The notes below the pieces were generated by a model, which did no database searches, was not told where the DNA came from, and was given only the letters and a program-made list of their open reading frames with translations. From Neoechinorhynchus agilis (lineage: Eukaryota; Animalia; Acanthocephala): a stretch of DNA of 64,000 nucleotides. The first letter of the stretch is position 1. Each line of letters begins with the position of its first letter. Shown piece by piece: positions 60,790 to 64,000 of the stretch. The stretch spans positions 6,852,389-6,916,388 of the forward strand of contig CM121343.1 in NCBI GenBank assembly GCA_051530055.1. Reading direction: 5' to 3'. The translations under genes were made by a program, and so were the position numbers.

Positions 60790-61585
60790 GACCAAGACTT
60801 TGTGGTGGCAGTTGAAGAATGGTTCCAGCGGACAGGCGCTGACCAAGTTCCCGTGAATGGCCTCAGGCAGTCGATCTGGGACAGATCTCTCGTCGCGAGA
60901 GCTCATAGTTCTCTACTTTCAGGTTCTCGCTATGATGTCGTCCGAGCTAGATTGTTGGCAGTTTCGACGCGAGAATCAGTGGCGCGGTGGGAGGCTGTTC
61001 CTCGGGCATCTGTGGGAACTCTTTTCACTGATGAGGTAACGAGGATCACGGTGTCCATAAGAATTGGTCTCCCGATATGCACTCCCCATCGCTGTCGATG
61101 TGGGTCTTCGGTTGACGCTTTCGGACGACAAAGTCTCATAGGCCGAAAGTCAGAAGGAAGGTTCTCATGCCATTCTGAGATCAACAGAGTAATTTCTCGG
61201 GCGTTGAGAACGGCGAACTTTCCCAGACGATCGTCGACCTGACGGAATTTCGGTCTTTCCGTGGCGGGAGGGCAAATGCCTTCTCTTGGACGCCACGTCC
61301 CTCGCAGTAAGCAACATTCCCTACTCTCTCGAAATCGCTTGAGGTGCAGCGAAAGGGAGGAAGGTACAAAAATATAGGGATTTAGCAAGGACCCACTATT
61401 TTGTCCCCTTTGGGGTAGAGACGTATGGAGCTCTCGGCCGCTCGGCACTCACTCTGCTCCAGGATCTCTCGAAGAAATTGCGAGAAGCGACCGGCGACGA
61501 ACGAGCAAGTTTATTCCTGCGACAAAATATCTCGCTTGCAGTACAACGAGGCAATGCTGCCAGCGTGATAGCGATAGCCGAGGAA
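60790..61585 (+). mobile_element. CRE-like element 3' third (Cys knuckle + RLE), degenerate
   Basis: RIGLPICTPHRCRCG, HSEINRVISRAL, FVPFGVETYG, VQRGNAASVI. Confidence 0.9.
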
Positions 61586-62416
61586 AAAAATAACTCTTCA
61601 AAAAACACTTTCTTTAGGCGGCGGATTTTTAACAGAATGGATAGTGTTCCACATCATAAAGAAGAATGCCATTAACTTAAGTCGTCGCTTTCAATGCGGT
61701 AAAAGCAACTTTTCTCAAGATTTGTTCATCGAACTTCAAGATTTTCGACAATATAACGAGCAATCTTTAGCTGTGGCATTTTCTTTTTGCAAACTAAAAT
61801 GTTATTCAAATGATGGAGGCCATCAGAGTATTAAAATAAAGTATAAAAGAAAATTATTAGAAGTGAACTTTTTTATAGAACCGATTTGTTGCCCGTTGAG
61901 CAAACGTATAAAAAAGGTGTGATCCATTATTGCAATTTTTAACCGAAATTTTTTAGTATTAAAGGTAAAGAGCCAATGACAAGACGTTTATAAATTGGCG
62001 TTTTTACTTATTCGGAAATTGGAAGGTAGGAATTAGGCAACATCCCAACAGTTTACGCTTCAAAATTATGTAATATCCGAGCTCTGCGGAGAACGTTGTT
62101 TTAGAAGCTGAATGTTGCCGGAAAAAGTAAATTTGAAAAGAAAGCCTCGTTTAAGAAGTCACAACTGAAATCTAAAATTGTCGCGGACAAAAATAATGGC
62201 AGTTTTTGAGAAAATTAGATCATGACAATTATGCGCAATTGAAATTTTTTTTAAACATCACACAGGAATTGAAAGCAAAATAAAATGAACACCCGATGGA
62301 TTTTTAATCGATCTTCGGTAAAATTGGAAAAGAAACAAATCGAAAATGGCCTTTAATTTTCGTACCCGACATTCACGAGTTGCCAACTAAGTTTTATTAA
62401 GTCTAAAATTCTAAGA

Positions 62417-63196
62417 TCAACAACGGCAAGCGTTGCACTTATTGCAAACGTTTTGAGCTGCGTTCTTGTAACAAGAACGTAAGGGAGCCGAAATTGGTTT
62501 ACGAATAACGTTCCCCTGTTTTTGGATGCTTGAACAGGTTTTGGAACTTCTTTCCTGACAAATCGGTTTTCGTACAGTGTCCTGGCGACTTTCCTGGATT
62601 GAACTTTGCGCGATCTCCGATTTTGGTTGGATAAATGTTATTCGAATCGCTGGAATCGCAACGGCATGCGCTGAGGACGAGCTTTTCACCGATGGATCAC
62701 AAACTGACTCCGGTTCGCGAGCTTCCTGCGGTTCATAGAATTGTGCTGGCTCACAAACTGACTCCGGTTCATAGAATTGTTCTGGTTCGCAAACTGATTC
62801 CGGTTCATAGAATTGTGCCGGCTCGCAAATTGACTCCGGTTCATAGAATTGCTCCGGTTCGCAGACTTCCTTCGGTTCACAAACTGACTTCGGACTGAAC
62901 GCTGAAGTCCTTTGAGAACAACTTTGACAAACTGGCTCCGATTCGTCGAATTGTGCTGGTTCACAGATTGGTGCTTTTTGCGCTTTCATTCTCTGGGCAG
63001 GTTCCGGTTTACAAACTGCAAGTTCGGGACTGTTTGGTGTTCGTTGGACCACAACTTTGAATGTTTTAACGATATTTTTAGCTGGTTCGGCAGCGCAGAT
63101 TGGTTCTTGTCTACATTCTGCTGGAGAACAGCAGTCTCCGTAGCAGGATGCAATGGCGATTAAAGCGGAAGCAAAAAAGAGAGCGCTGAAGTTCAT
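62417..63196 (-). CDS. Secreted Cys/Pro/Glu-rich protein with 12-aa tandem repeats
   Basis: Signal peptide MNFSALFFASALIAIASC; about five CEPxQFYEPESV repeats (36-nt unit); C-terminal CNKCNACRC; intronless. Confidence 0.75.
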   Translation of the reverse strand: MNFSALFFASALIAIASCYGDCCSPAECRQEPICAAEPAKNIVKTFKVVVQRTPNSPELAVCKPEPAQRMKAQKAPICEPAQFDESEPVCQSCSQRTSAFSPKSVCEPKEVCEPEQFYEPESICEPAQFYEPESVCEPEQFYEPESVCEPAQFYEPQEAREPESVCDPSVKSSSSAHAVAIPAIRITFIQPKSEIAQSSIQESRQDTVRKPICQERSSKTCSSIQKQGNVIRKPISAPLRSCYKNAAQNVCNKCNACRC

Positions 63197-63252
63197 TTGA
63201 GTTCACGAGTTTGCTATTGATGATCAATGATCAATCGACTCGATCTGCCCCC

Positions 63253-63259
63253 TTTTATA
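63253..63259 (-). promoter_or_regulatory. TATA box of the Cys-rich gene
   Basis: TATAAAA(GG) on the minus strand ~57 nt upstream of the ATG, with an Inr-like TCATT ~25-30 nt downstream. Confidence 0.55.
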
Positions 63260-64000
63260 CCCAAGGAGTTTTGTAAACATGTCGCGAAAACGTTGTTCAT
63301 AAGTTTCAATTTAACTTAGCGATAATCACTCAGAAAATTGATTTATATTGAAAATTTTCGGCCTTTTCGTTGGCCTTCTTCAGTCAGATCTACAACTAAA
63401 AGGAACGTTATCAATTAGTTTATCCGGTGGGACTCGTAGATTGAGTTTGTAGTCAGCTTTGTTGCCAACAAAAGTATCTGTTTGCTGGATCATGATGGCT
63501 TCCATGGTCACTCTGTCGCGTCTTACGTGCTAGAATTTATCTCGTAAACGTCGCCTAGTTTCTGTACTTTAAGTTTATTTCCGGTGCATTTTATTTAACT
63601 TCGATTTATGGCTTTATACAATCGTTGATTTTTCAGGTCTTTGCGATATGATTTGTTCAGTTTTTCAACTTTTTCAAATTCATCTTTGTTTCAAAATCTT
63701 TATGATAAGTAGAAGATAAAACAAAATAAGTTAAAATGCTTAAGAATTGCTGACTTTGTAGGATTCTTAAAAAAAGTCGAGACATTTAATAATTATAATT
63801 TTTCTCAGATTTAAATGCATCCTTTTTCAATCAACTTCATGTAAAAATTATTTTTTTGGTATTATCAAACGTTCAATGCGTTGTTCGCATAGTCGTCCAT
63901 TCAATCACTGTTCACAAATTAAATGTTTTCAAAAATGGATTTTTTAAAACTTTGAACGATACCATTGACCAGGTACGCCGAGAAATGATTATTTTGTCTC

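Noticed and set aside
1-64000. tRNA, rRNA, SL RNA or telomeric repeats
   Set aside because: I recognised none by eye; known nematode, flatworm, rotifer and tunicate SL sequences were not seen. Covariance-model searches were not run.

Overview
AT-rich eukaryotic (metazoan) genomic DNA from a compact genome. It has very short GT-AG introns (48-56 nt in the cases I traced) and dense retroelement debris. A motile-cilia gene (CFAP43-like) and an invertebrate-type peptide GPCR suggest a ciliated invertebrate, possibly spiralian or parasitic, but the taxon cannot be fixed from this window. Recognisable host genes: ERM/moesin, DCTN5, ACSL3/4, EPT1/SELENOI-like, a degenerate selenophosphate synthetase, a furin/kexin-like convertase with no prodomain, a class A GPCR, a Phactr-type PP1-binding protein with no RPEL motifs, a CFAP43-like gene, a STN1/RPA2-like OB-fold gene, and a secreted Cys-rich repeat protein. 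Duplicated or accessory content: two copies of a PKA-like kinase whose N-terminus is antisense LINE sequence, three copies of a divergent BAF-like gene, many CRE-like (RLE) non-LTR fragments, L2/CR1-like and Jockey/I-like LINE remnants, a Penelope-like RT fragment, a Gypsy gag remnant, short retroposed inserts with TSDs, a MITE and several satellites. The most striking unannotated signal is a dispersed family of minimal type I hammerhead-ribozyme-like motifs (CUGAWGA-N-stemII-GAAAUAUU). It includes a pair with a compensatory base change and a palindromic array carrying the motif on both strands. Several single-base frameshifts fall in homopolymers and one satellite stretch looks noisy, so some apparent pseudogene lesions may be long-read errors.
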